Shown here: in pieces, positions 55,357 to 64,000 of the stretch
Numbering within the stretch: the stretch's first letter is position 1
Layout: each line of letters starts with the position of its first letter
NCBI GenBank assembly: GCA_016192685.1
Contig: JACPTS010000001.1
Span: 225,710 to 289,709, forward strand
Direction: 5' to 3'
Source of the DNA: Candidatus Harrisonbacteria bacterium
GTDB taxonomy: Bacteria; Patescibacteriota; Minisyncoccia; UBA6257; 02-FULL-45-10c
Length of the DNA stretch: 64,000 bases
The notes under the pieces: model-generated
What the model saw: only the letters and a program-made list of their open reading frames with translations
What the model was told of the DNA's origin: nothing
The model's database searches: none
Position numbers and translations under genes: made by a program

Positions 55357-57870
55357 ATGACTAAACGCCGCAAACGTCTCAATTTATTTACTCTCTTAAT
55401 TCTTTCGGCCTTAGGGTTAATTGCCCTGGGATTAACCGCCCTTGCCGTTATCCTGAAAGACCTTCCCAACCCGGAACAATTCGCCAGCCGGCAGATTATC
55501 CAATCCACTAAAATTTTTGACCGGACCGGCCAAGTTTTGCTTTATGAAATTCACGGCGAAGAAAAAAGGACGGCTATAGCTTTTGAAGAAATTCCTGATT
55601 ATGTAAAATGGGCCACTATTGCCATTGAAGAAAATAATTTCTACAGCAACCCGGCCTTTGACCTAAAGGGCATTGTCCGCGCTTTTCTGGCCAATATTCT
55701 TAGCGGCGAATTTTCCCAAGGAGGCTCTACCATCACCCAACAGCTGGCCAGAAACGCTTTTTTAACCCCGGAAAAAACTATTATCAGAAAAATTAAAGAG
55801 TTGATTGTCGCCCTGGAATTGGAAAAACAATATTCCAAAAATGAAGTTTTAAATCTTTATCTGAATCAAATTCCTTACGGCGGCAATGCTTACGGCATTG
55901 AAGCCGCCGCCCAGACCTTTTTCAATAAACACGCTAAAAATTTGAATTTGGCCGAATCGGCATTGCTCGCCAGCCTTCCCAGGGCAACCAGTTATTATTC
56001 TCCCTGGGGCAAACACCTGGACGAATTAATGAAAAGAAAAAATTTGGCCTTGGAAAAAATGTCTGAATTGAAATACATTACCGAAAAAGAAAAAGAGGCC
56101 GCGAAAAAATTTCCCCTAGAATTCGCTTCGCAAGTAATTGGTATTAAAGCTCCTCATTTTGTTTTGGGGGTCCAGGATTACCTTAACCAAAAATACGGCG
56201 AAGATTTTATCCGAACTGCCGGCCTTAATGTAATAACCACTTTAGATTGGAATCTTCAGCAGCTGGCGGAAAAAACGGTTAAAGCGGGCGCCGATCGCAA
56301 CACCGAGCTTTACGAAGGCCATAACGCCGCCCTGGTGGCTCAACACGCTACTAGCGGCCAAATTGTCGCTTTAGTCGGCTCTAAAGATTACTTCGGCGAT
56401 CCGGAGCCGGAAAATTGCGCTCCGGGCAAAGATTGCCATTTTGAGGGTAATTTTAACGTAGCAACTCAAGGGCTTCGCCAGCCGGGCTCGGCCATGAAAC
56501 CGCTTACCTATGTTACTGCCTTTCAGAAAGGCTATTCGCCGGACACGGTTGTTTTTGACCTGCCAACCGAATTTGCCGCTAATAATCCCGACTGCCCGCT
56601 GGAAGTGGAATTTAAAAAAGAAGAAACTTCAAAACCTGACGAGAATCAATGTTTTCATCCGGAAAATTTTGACGGCAAATTCCGCGGCCCGGTAAAACTT
56701 AGAACCGCCCTGGCCCAATCAATCAACGTCCCCGCTTCCAAAGTCCTTTATTTGGCGGGAATTGATAATACTTTAAAAACAGCGGCGGCTTTCGGCATTA
56801 CTACCCTGACGGAGCGCAGCCGCTATGGCCTTTCCCTGGTGCTTGGCGGCGGAGAAATAACCTTGAAAGAATTGGTTGGCGCCTATTCTGTTTTTGCCCA
56901 GGAAGGAAAATGGCATCCTCAAACCTTAATCCTAAAAATTACCGATTCTAACGGCCAGCTGGTGGAAGAATACAAAGAACAATCTAAAGAAATTATCGCT
57001 CCTCAATATCCAAGGCTAATTAATGACATTTTAACCGACCTTGAAGAGCGGGCCGGTCTTTTCAGCTCCAGTTTGTCCCTTACTATTTTCCCCGGCCACC
57101 AGGTAGCGCTAAAAACCGGAACAACTAATGATTACCGGGACGCCTGGGCAATCGGCTACACTCCGGATCTGGTGGTCGGCGTTTGGGCCGGAAACAACGA
57201 TAATATCCCGATGCAGCAGCGCGGCTCCAGCATTTTAGCGGCCGTGCCGATTTGGAGCGCTTTTTTAAAAGAAGCTCTGGCTAATAAACCTTTAGTTTCC
57301 TTTAATAAGCCGGAGCCGGTTCTTAATCAAAAAGCCGCGCTTAGAGGGGAATATATCACTAATTATAAAGTCGGTGATAAAATTTTCCCCCATCTCCACG
57401 AAATTTTATATTACGTTAATAAAAATGACCCCTTGGGGCCGGCTCCGGCTGATCCCGGCAAAGATCCGCAATTTGAAAATTGGGAGGTTCCGGTACTTCG
57501 CTGGGCAGAAAAAAATATTCCTAATTTTCTTTCTAACTATAATCAGCCTGTTCCGGATTCCGCCAAAACCGAATCGGAAATCAATAGCTTAAAATCCGGA
57601 CTGGATTTGCTTTCCCCAAAAAATGGCGATTTTATCAAAAATCCGGAAATTGCCGTTTCGGCAAAATTAGAATCCCAATTTGAAATAAAAGATGTTCAGC
57701 TGTTTTTTAATAATGAATTGGCGGATCGGCGGTCGGGGAATTTCGGGCAATTATTTAATTACCAATTTAGTTTAATTCCAAAAAAGCTGGAACTGCAGAA
57801 CTCCCTTAGAATAAAATTTACCGATTCGTTCAATAACGAAATTGTAAAAGAAATTATTTTGTTTAAATAA
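55357..57870 (+). CDS. penicillin-binding protein 1A (bifunctional transglycosylase/transpeptidase)
   Basis: GT51 motifs (EDxxFYxHxG-like IEENNFYSNPAFD, GGSTITQQLARN) and transpeptidase motifs (SAMKP). An N-terminal TM segment. 837 aa. Confidence 0.85.
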   Translation: MTKRRKRLNLFTLLILSALGLIALGLTALAVILKDLPNPEQFASRQIIQSTKIFDRTGQVLLYEIHGEEKRTAIAFEEIPDYVKWATIAIEENNFYSNPAFDLKGIVRAFLANILSGEFSQGGSTITQQLARNAFLTPEKTIIRKIKELIVALELEKQYSKNEVLNLYLNQIPYGGNAYGIEAAAQTFFNKHAKNLNLAESALLASLPRATSYYSPWGKHLDELMKRKNLALEKMSELKYITEKEKEAAKKFPLEFASQVIGIKAPHFVLGVQDYLNQKYGEDFIRTAGLNVITTLDWNLQQLAEKTVKAGADRNTELYEGHNAALVAQHATSGQIVALVGSKDYFGDPEPENCAPGKDCHFEGNFNVATQGLRQPGSAMKPLTYVTAFQKGYSPDTVVFDLPTEFAANNPDCPLEVEFKKEETSKPDENQCFHPENFDGKFRGPVKLRTALAQSINVPASKVLYLAGIDNTLKTAAAFGITTLTERSRYGLSLVLGGGEITLKELVGAYSVFAQEGKWHPQTLILKITDSNGQLVEEYKEQSKEIIAPQYPRLINDILTDLEERAGLFSSSLSLTIFPGHQVALKTGTTNDYRDAWAIGYTPDLVVGVWAGNNDNIPMQQRGSSILAAVPIWSAFLKEALANKPLVSFNKPEPVLNQKAALRGEYITNYKVGDKIFPHLHEILYYVNKNDPLGPAPADPGKDPQFENWEVPVLRWAEKNIPNFLSNYNQPVPDSAKTESEINSLKSGLDLLSPKNGDFIKNPEIAVSAKLESQFEIKDVQLFFNNELADRRSGNFGQLFNYQFSLIPKKLELQNSLRIKFTDSFNNEIVKEIILFK

Positions 57871-57885
57871 ACGCCCGCTAATGTC

Positions 57886-58995
57886 TTACGATCCTTTAAT
57901 CGGCATTAGAATATAAAAATAACTAGGGTCGTTGGGGTTCTTTAAAACCGCCGGCCGAACGTCACCGTTGATTCCTAAAACGATTTCCTTGGCTTCCAAA
58001 TTCTTTAAGCCGTCCATCAGATATCGCCAATTAAAAGCGACTTCAAAGCCCGGCCCTTTTGATTTTACCGGAACCAGATAACGATTTTCTCCCAGATATT
58101 GGTTGGAAGAATAAACCTCCAAAGATTTTTTCCCTTCTTTTAAAACTCCCTTGATGTCATTTGTCTTATTGCTGAAAGTACTGACTAATTTTACGGCGCT
58201 GATTAAATGCTCCCGCTCTAAAATAATTTCCGTTTCCATTAATTTAGGAATAATTTGTTCATAATCCGGATAATTGCCGCTGATCAAGCGCGAGATAACT
58301 TCCAGTTCCTCATTTTTAAAAAGAACTTGATTGGCGTCATTAAAGACGCTAATGGTTTCACCATTCATTATCCTTAAAATTTCTTGGGCGGTTTTTAGGG
58401 GCAGAATAATCTTAAACCCTTTGGAAAAATTGCTTTTAAAATCTCTTTCGGTAATTGTTTTTTCCGCCAGCCGAAAACTATCGGTTCCGACTAATTTTAA
58501 ATTAGTCATCTGGAAATCTAATAATACTCCTCCGATTTCCGGCCTAATTTCTGACAATTGGATGCTGTTAATTACTTTTAAAAGGCTGGATTTTAAAATT
58601 TCCGAAGATAGCTGCAAATAATTATCAGTATTTTCTAATTTAGGAATAATTGGAAATTCTTCTTCCGGGAGCCCTTGAATTTTTGCTTCATAATTATCGG
58701 TTTTAAAAGTTAAAACATTGTTTTCCGACTCTAAATTAATTTTTTCATTATTAATATTATTAGTAATAGTTAAAAGCGTGTTTAAAGGGACGGTAAGGCT
58801 GCCTTCCTCTATTATTTTTCCGAAAATAAACTTGGTGATGGCTAATTCTAAATTAGTAGCCGATAGCTGAATTTTATTATTAAAGGTCTTTATTAAGACG
58901 TTTTTTAATATCGGAAGATTGCTATTTTCAGAAGAAGCCCTTTCCACGGCATTTAAGCCGTCTTTTAAATTATTTTTTAATACAACTAATTTCAT
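57886..58995 (-). CDS. dnaN: DNA polymerase III beta subunit (sliding clamp)
   Basis: 369 aa, with a three-domain clamp pattern, directly downstream of dnaA. Confidence 0.85.
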   Translation of the reverse strand: MKLVVLKNNLKDGLNAVERASSENSNLPILKNVLIKTFNNKIQLSATNLELAITKFIFGKIIEEGSLTVPLNTLLTITNNINNEKINLESENNVLTFKTDNYEAKIQGLPEEEFPIIPKLENTDNYLQLSSEILKSSLLKVINSIQLSEIRPEIGGVLLDFQMTNLKLVGTDSFRLAEKTITERDFKSNFSKGFKIILPLKTAQEILRIMNGETISVFNDANQVLFKNEELEVISRLISGNYPDYEQIIPKLMETEIILEREHLISAVKLVSTFSNKTNDIKGVLKEGKKSLEVYSSNQYLGENRYLVPVKSKGPGFEVAFNWRYLMDGLKNLEAKEIVLGINGDVRPAVLKNPNDPSYFYILMPIKGS

Positions 58996-59186
58996 TTTAA
59001 GTATTTATTATTTTTAGTAGCAGTTATAGTACCTGTTAATTCTGTGGAAAAGCGGATTTTAAAATCAATTTAGAAGAAGCCGCGAAGAATAAGCTAGGAA
59101 TTTTATGGGTAATATCTGTTGATAAATATTAATAATTTATTTGTCCAGATTTTTTATTAACCGACTTAAGACAAATAACTAACAAC

Positions 59187-60539
59187 TTATTCTTTATAAA
59201 CCAAATCTTTAATGGCGATAACTTTTTGATTTAAATCTTGATTGCGATTAATTTCTTCTGAAAGCTTGGTAAAAGCATAGATAGCCGTAGTGTGGTCTCT
59301 TTTCCCTAATTTTTGGCCGATATCCGGGTAAGAAAGCCCAAGAATTTCTCTTAATAAATACATGGCGATTTGCCGCGGCCCCACGATGCTTTTTTGGCGG
59401 CAGCGGCCGACTAAATCATTTGGAGAGACTTGAAAATAATCAGCGACCGCTTTTATTACCTGGTTAGGATTAATGTTTTTGGTCGGCTGCTGGATAGTTT
59501 CTTCCACTATTTCCTCAACAACTTTTAAAGTAATGTTATTTCTGGCGTGTTTATGGAAGATGGCCTGGTTTAACACCCCCTCTAATTCCCGAAGATTTTT
59601 TTGGATTTTATTGGCTATCAGCTCCAAAATATTTTCCGGCAATTCCTCCCCCCTTTCCTGAAGTTTGGTTTTTAATATGGCTAACCGGAGTTCATAATCC
59701 GGATAGCCGACGTCGGCCTTCATCCCCCCTTCAAATCTGGATTGCAGCCTTTCGTGCAGAGTGGGAAGAAATTTCGGCGGCCGATCCGAAGAAATGATTA
59801 TCTGTTTGTTATTTTCATATAAAGTATTGAAAGTATGGAAAAATTCTTCTTCGGTGGCTTCTTTTCCGCTGATAAACTGGATATCGTCAATAATTAAAAC
59901 ATCCACATTGCGGTATTTTTCTTTCATGTCTTCCATCCGTTTGTTCCGAATGCCGGCAATTACATCATTAGTGAATTTTTCCGAAGGAACATATTTTACC
60001 CTTACGTTATTTTGATATTTATTTTTTATTTCATTGCCGATTCCCTGGATGAGGTGGGTTTTTCCGAGGCCGACGCCGCCATAAATGAAAAGCGGATTAT
60101 ATTTTCTGCCGATTTCTTCCACTACCGCGGCAGCGGCGGCATAAGCGAGCTCGTTGCTTTTTCCGACAATAAAGGAATTTAAGATATAACGCGGATTTAA
60201 GTTCGTTTCCGGGTCAACCTTTAATTCCTCAAAAATTAGTTGAGTGGCTTTTGGGTCCGGACGGCCTTTCCGGGATGAATTTAGCTGAACCGGGCGGTTG
60301 TTGACGGTAAATTGGATTTTTTTGGTGGAATCGTCTAAATTTCTAAGGGCGCTTAAAATTATTTTTTGATATTTGTTTTCTACCCACTCTTTGGCAAAGT
60401 TGTTTGGCAAACTAACTAAGGCAATGCCTTCTTGCTTATCAACCAATTTGCTGTGTTTTAGCCAGGTTAGATAATTTGGCCTGGAAATTTGAAGTTCAAT
60501 TTCTCCAAGAGCCGTTTGCCAAAGTTGTTCAAAGTCCAT
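59187..60539 (-). CDS. dnaA: chromosomal replication initiator protein DnaA
   Basis: Walker A GGVGLGKTHL, an AAA+ core and a C-terminal DNA-binding domain. 450 aa. Confidence 0.9.
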   Translation of the reverse strand: MDFEQLWQTALGEIELQISRPNYLTWLKHSKLVDKQEGIALVSLPNNFAKEWVENKYQKIILSALRNLDDSTKKIQFTVNNRPVQLNSSRKGRPDPKATQLIFEELKVDPETNLNPRYILNSFIVGKSNELAYAAAAAVVEEIGRKYNPLFIYGGVGLGKTHLIQGIGNEIKNKYQNNVRVKYVPSEKFTNDVIAGIRNKRMEDMKEKYRNVDVLIIDDIQFISGKEATEEEFFHTFNTLYENNKQIIISSDRPPKFLPTLHERLQSRFEGGMKADVGYPDYELRLAILKTKLQERGEELPENILELIANKIQKNLRELEGVLNQAIFHKHARNNITLKVVEEIVEETIQQPTKNINPNQVIKAVADYFQVSPNDLVGRCRQKSIVGPRQIAMYLLREILGLSYPDIGQKLGKRDHTTAIYAFTKLSEEINRNQDLNQKVIAIKDLVYKE

Positions 60540-60834
60540 AAGGGAAAATTTCTAAATTTTGCGAACGTTATTTATAATTTTAGTTTGGCGCTTGAATTAG
60601 TCAAATACCAAAAATTGAATATGTTGTGTATTATTTGTGGAAAACATTTTTAAGGACAACAAAAATTCTTTTAGATATAGTATGCGCTAAAAGCCAATAA
60701 GTTGTCTATACCTATTTGCATTTTTTTATGAAAATTGTTGAAATACTGGGTAATTTAAAAATTTTTTATAAAAATAGCAAGTAAAACTTATGTTTCTATT
60801 GCGTTATTTTTTTAAGTAATATAGTATAAATACT
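60540..60834. other. candidate oriC (AT-rich dnaA-rpmH intergenic region with DnaA-box-like 9-mers)
   Basis: It contains ttatttgtggaaaac (TGTGGAAAA, one mismatch from TGTGGATAA) and long A/T tracts that could serve as a DNA-unwinding element. A second set, tgtggaaaa and tgttgataa, lies in 58996-59186 between dnaA and dnaN. Confidence 0.45.
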
Positions 60835-60969
60835 ATGTCCCAAACTTATCAGCCCAAAAAGCGAAAAAGGGCAAGAACTCACGGTTTTTTGGTTAGAAGC
60901 CGGACTCCGGGCGGCCGGAGGGTGCTGGCTGAACGGCGCCGGAAAGGAAGGCACAAACTTAGTGTTTAA
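60835..60969 (+). CDS. rpmH: 50S ribosomal protein L34
   Basis: [44 protein letters not shown] is canonical L34. 44 aa, below the ORF-track cutoff. Confidence 0.85.
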   Translation: MSQTYQPKKRKRARTHGFLVRSRTPGGRRVLAERRRKGRHKLSV

Positions 60970-60994
60970 GCGATTAGCGGCCAGTCGCTAGTTT

Positions 60995-61312
60995 ATGTTA
61001 GCTAAAAAATATCGCCTACCGATTCAATCGGTTATTGGGAAAAATGCCCGGGTTGTCAAAACCCCGTTTTTTTTATTTAAGATTTTTCCAAGCCGATTTT
61101 CTTATTCCAGGTTTGGAATTATAATAAGTAAGAAAGTTGCCCAAAAATCTACCGCCAGAAATAAAATTAAAAGAATGATTTTTTCCGCGCTAAACCCAAA
61201 CCAGCAGCCAATTAACGATTTTTTAATTATTGCCAGTCCAAAAATTAAAAATTTAACAAAGGAAGAAATAATTAAGCATGTTTCAAACTATTTTCAATAC
61301 CCCGCTTTTTAA
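60995..61312 (+). CDS. rnpA: ribonuclease P protein component
   Basis: LAKKYRL...FGIIISKKVAQKSTARNKIKR matches the RnpA pattern. It lies between rpmH and yidC. Confidence 0.8.
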   Translation: MLAKKYRLPIQSVIGKNARVVKTPFFLFKIFPSRFSYSRFGIIISKKVAQKSTARNKIKRMIFSALNPNQQPINDFLIIASPKIKNLTKEEIIKHVSNYFQYPAF

Positions 61313-61994
61313 CGCCTTAATTTTTATTTATAATACCATTGCTTTTCAAGACCTGGGTTTGGCAATAATTTTTTTAACTTTTCTTATAAGAATTATTTTT
61401 CTCCCGCTTTTTTATAAAAGCGCCAAAAATCAGATTTTAATTCAGCGCTTGCAGCCGGAATTGAATAAGATTCAGCATGACCACAAGGATAATCGGGAAA
61501 AGCAGGCTCAAGCGATGATGGATCTTTATAAGAAGCATAATGTTAACCCATTTTCTGGATTTTTAATGCTTTTAATCCAGCTGCCGGTTTTAATTGCCAT
61601 TTATCGGGTATTTCTGGAAGGCTTTCGTCCCGAAGCCCTGGGACAATTATATTCGTTTATTGCCAAACCAACGGAATTGCACACTTCTTTGTTTGGCTTG
61701 CTTGATTTGGGAAAACCGAGTATTCTTATGGTTAGTTTAGCGGCGGCCGCCCAATATTGGCAGGGCCGCTTGGCTCTTCCCAAAATCGGAGGAAAAAAAG
61801 ATCTCTCCCAGCCGGAAAAAATTGCCAAGCAGATGGTTTATCTGGGCCCGGTTTTAACTATCGTTATTTTAGTTAACTTGCCGGCTGCTATTGGGCTTTA
61901 TTGGTTAATTACTTCGGTTTTCTCGGTAGTTCAGCAAATTTATATTAATAAAACTCTCAATATTGAGGGCGAAAAGAAAGAGCATAAAATATAA
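61278..61994 (+). CDS. yidC: membrane protein insertase YidC (short form)
   Basis: PLFYKSAKNQILIQRLQPELNKIQHDHKDNREKQAQAMMDLYKKHNVNP is the conserved YidC core. Confidence 0.8.
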   Translation: MFQTIFNTPLFNALIFIYNTIAFQDLGLAIIFLTFLIRIIFLPLFYKSAKNQILIQRLQPELNKIQHDHKDNREKQAQAMMDLYKKHNVNPFSGFLMLLIQLPVLIAIYRVFLEGFRPEALGQLYSFIAKPTELHTSLFGLLDLGKPSILMVSLAAAAQYWQGRLALPKIGGKKDLSQPEKIAKQMVYLGPVLTIVILVNLPAAIGLYWLITSVFSVVQQIYINKTLNIEGEKKEHKI

Positions 61995-62419
61995 TGGACC
62001 AATTAAAACAAACAATTGAACAAATACTTAATGCCAGCGGCCTGAATTTTTCTTTGGACGCGGATTCCGAAACTAATCGCATTAATATTTTTATTCACGA
62101 GGAAGGCTTGGTAAACGAGTTTTTGCCCAAGCTGGTTTTTGATTTGGAGCATCTGGTAAAAATTATCGCTAAAAGGCTGGGAATAGAAAAAATCAATGTT
62201 GATGTTAATAATTATAAAAAGGAAAGAGAGCGGTTGATTGCGGAATTAGCCAAAGCCGCCGCCCGAAAAGTTTTAGCGGAAAAAAAAGACGTGGAATTGC
62301 CGGTAATGAATGCTTACGAGCGCCGGATTGTCCATGTGGAACTGGCCACCCGGCCGGACGTAAAAACCGAAAGCGTCGGAGAAGGGCCAAGCCGGCACAT
62401 CATTGTAAAACCTCTTTGA
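61994..62419 (+). CDS. jag: Jag/KhpB-family RNA-binding protein (KH-R3H)
   Basis: A C-terminal R3H region (ERRIVHVELATRPDVKTESVGEGPSRHIIV), directly after yidC. Confidence 0.7.
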   Translation: MDQLKQTIEQILNASGLNFSLDADSETNRINIFIHEEGLVNEFLPKLVFDLEHLVKIIAKRLGIEKINVDVNNYKKERERLIAELAKAAARKVLAEKKDVELPVMNAYERRIVHVELATRPDVKTESVGEGPSRHIIVKPL

Positions 62420-62422
62420 ATT

Positions 62423-63520
62423 TTAAAGCGTGAGTTGATACAGCTTTTCATCCAACCGATTTTTAAAAAGCAATCTATCGCCATCCAGCTCTAAATGTTC
62501 CGCGTCTATCGGCGAATCCGGGCTAAAAATGGTGGAAACGCCGCCGGTATTAAGGTCAATTAAATAAAAATTGTCTTCAAAATAAACCGCTTTTTTATAG
62601 TAGTCTTCCGGCAGATTTACTCGCTCCGGAAGATTTTTTGGAACCGCGCAGTAAATTTTCTTTTCCCGAATCAGGCATTTGGACGGCAGAGTGACGAAAG
62701 TCAGTTCGGCAAGGGTTTGGCCGTTTTCGTCTATTAGCCCAAGAAGGGGCGCGCGGTTAACGCTTTTTAGGCGAATACCAAATTTTCCGTCTAGAGACCA
62801 TTTGACCGCCAGCCCTACTTCACTAAGAAGAGGCGTTATAGTTTTATTGGCGGGGTTAATGCTCCAGATTTGACTTTCCAGTTCTGAAGAAAGCAGTCCG
62901 TTAGTCAGCAAAATTTTGGAATCCGGACGCCAGTAAAGTTCGGCCTCTTTTTGAGTTAATTTAAGAACCTCGGCAGTTTTTTGATTTACCAGATTTAAAA
63001 TTTTCAAAGCTTTATTATCAAGATAGGCAATTTCCGAAGCGGTCGGAGACCAGGCGGCGGCAAGGGTTCCGGCTGGCAAGGGATGCCAGGCGTTGGCAAC
63101 CGTGTCAAAAATGCTGAAAGTCGGAAAATCCGGGTAACTGAATTTCGCAGTTGCTGAAGTTCCGTCCGGGGAAGCGGTCAGTTGATTTAATCGGTTCAGG
63201 GTTTGAGAATTTACCAATTCTTCCTGTCCGCCGGAAACTCTTATTATTTGCCCGACCGGAGTCAGATAATAGATATTTCCGGTTTTGGAATTAATCCAGT
63301 AATCAAAAATCGGATCTTGGGTTAGGGCTTGTAATTTTTCTCCGGCGATTGGTTGAACCCCAGTTTTTTCGCCGGTTTTAAAAGTCCCGGGAAAAATTCC
63401 GCCAAGAAAATCCTGCGCCACCGGACTTTTTTTGAAAAAATAATAAAGGCCAAAACCGATAGCGATTAAAATTAAAATGGTAACAATAATTTTTAAATAT
63501 TTTTTCATTTTTTTATGCAC
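62423..63520 (-). CDS. membrane-anchored extracytoplasmic protein, beta-propeller-like (TolB-like repeats), hypothetical
   Basis: An N-terminal TM segment followed by a beta-rich 330-aa region. Confidence 0.35.
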   Translation of the reverse strand: MHKKMKKYLKIIVTILILIAIGFGLYYFFKKSPVAQDFLGGIFPGTFKTGEKTGVQPIAGEKLQALTQDPIFDYWINSKTGNIYYLTPVGQIIRVSGGQEELVNSQTLNRLNQLTASPDGTSATAKFSYPDFPTFSIFDTVANAWHPLPAGTLAAAWSPTASEIAYLDNKALKILNLVNQKTAEVLKLTQKEAELYWRPDSKILLTNGLLSSELESQIWSINPANKTITPLLSEVGLAVKWSLDGKFGIRLKSVNRAPLLGLIDENGQTLAELTFVTLPSKCLIREKKIYCAVPKNLPERVNLPEDYYKKAVYFEDNFYLIDLNTGGVSTIFSPDSPIDAEHLELDGDRLLFKNRLDEKLYQLTL

Positions 63521-64000
63521 TTACTGCCAGTTTGTTCGTAGCCAGGATCGCAAACGCATTTGGAAAATAATCCGCTGGCGCCGGAAGCATTGGCAACGCA
63601 TTTTAAGCATTGGGGTCCGGTTCTTTTTTCTCCGCTGGAGCCTAAAATTTCCCCGGCTTTTTTACTTACCGCCTGACCGACTTCGCCCACTTCTTTTCCG
63701 GTTTTGGCTTGTCCGGAAATGTTTAAGTTGACGCCGGCATCCAGCGCCGCGGCACAGAGCGGGTCGCCTTCTCCTCCGCCGCCAATTAAATCTTGTTTTT
63801 GGCCGCCTTCTTCTTCCGGAGGCGTTAAGACCGATAAGTCCAGAACCGGCGCATTGGGGTTTCTTAAAAACGTTAAACTTGGATTAATAGTATAAAGAAT
63901 TATAAAAGCGCCGAGCAATAATACTAATCCTAAAACTGCTTGAGTAATTTGATCTTTAGCGTCCTGTTGGCTGCCGACATTTCCGGCGGAAAGAATGTAT
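63505..64000 (-). CDS. hypothetical membrane protein with Cys-rich C-terminus (5' end beyond window)
   Basis: The frame stays open upstream of the track start to the window edge (...SAGNVGSQQDAKDQITQAVLGLVLLLGAFIILYTINPS...). Confidence 0.3.
   Translation of the reverse strand, partial: YILSAGNVGSQQDAKDQITQAVLGLVLLLGAFIILYTINPSLTFLRNPNAPVLDLSVLTPPEEEGGQKQDLIGGGGEGDPLCAAALDAGVNLNISGQAKTGKEVGEVGQAVSKKAGEILGSSGEKRTGPQCLKCVANASGASGLFSKCVCDPGYEQTGSKCIKK

Overview
Call: the standout system is a complete diversity-generating retroelement (DGR) at about 23.8-26.3 kb. Everything below is read from the sequence only; no searches were run.

The window is AT-rich, compact, gene-dense bacterial chromosome using the standard genetic code. 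Its gene content suggests a reduced-genome bacterium of the Patescibacteria/CPR type; that assignment is an inference. It spans the replication origin neighbourhood (rpmH-rnpA-yidC-jag | oriC | dnaA-dnaN). It carries many housekeeping genes: rny, gpmI, secG, rnj, trpS, ileS, argS, smpB plus tmRNA, infC-rpmI-rplT, polX, murB, ruvA, ruvB, ruvC, uvrB, a uvrC-like gene, rpsT, holA, mutM, split polA, tsaE, pilB and PBP1A. There are two tRNAs, Leu-CAG and Arg-CCG. No rRNA and no CRISPR array were seen.

The DGR comprises a reverse transcriptase with the DGR-type LGNLTSQ motif, an Avd-like four-helix-bundle ORF, a 118-bp template repeat (TR), and a matching variable repeat (VR) at the 3' end of a target gene. 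TR and VR differ at 17 positions, and every one is an adenine in the TR. A perfect 16-bp hairpin lies just downstream of the VR. The whole cassette is markedly GC-richer than the rest of the window.

Other notable observations:
- IleRS carries an internal histidine-phosphatase (RHGE...SHG) domain insertion of about 190 aa.
- A 40-bp perfect palindrome occurs three times within 3.5 kb, each time immediately upstream of a minus-strand gene start.
- PolA is split into a polymerase-domain gene and a separate 5'-3' exonuclease gene. The 2.1-kb region between them encodes a wHTH protein with a Cas2-like C-terminal domain, an M23 peptidase and a 2H phosphoesterase.
- A roughly 145-nt GC-rich, highly structured element of unknown family lies between an MFS-like gene and polX.
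- A GC-rich island after uvrB carries a well-signalled 116-aa gene of unknown function.
- UvrB and UvrC each appear to lack the domain that contacts the other.
- An orphan MbcA/ParS/Xre-type antitoxin-like gene has no toxin partner.
- yebC is truncated and overlaps the ruvC start.
- Short in-frame tandem repeats of about 7 nt are scattered through housekeeping genes.
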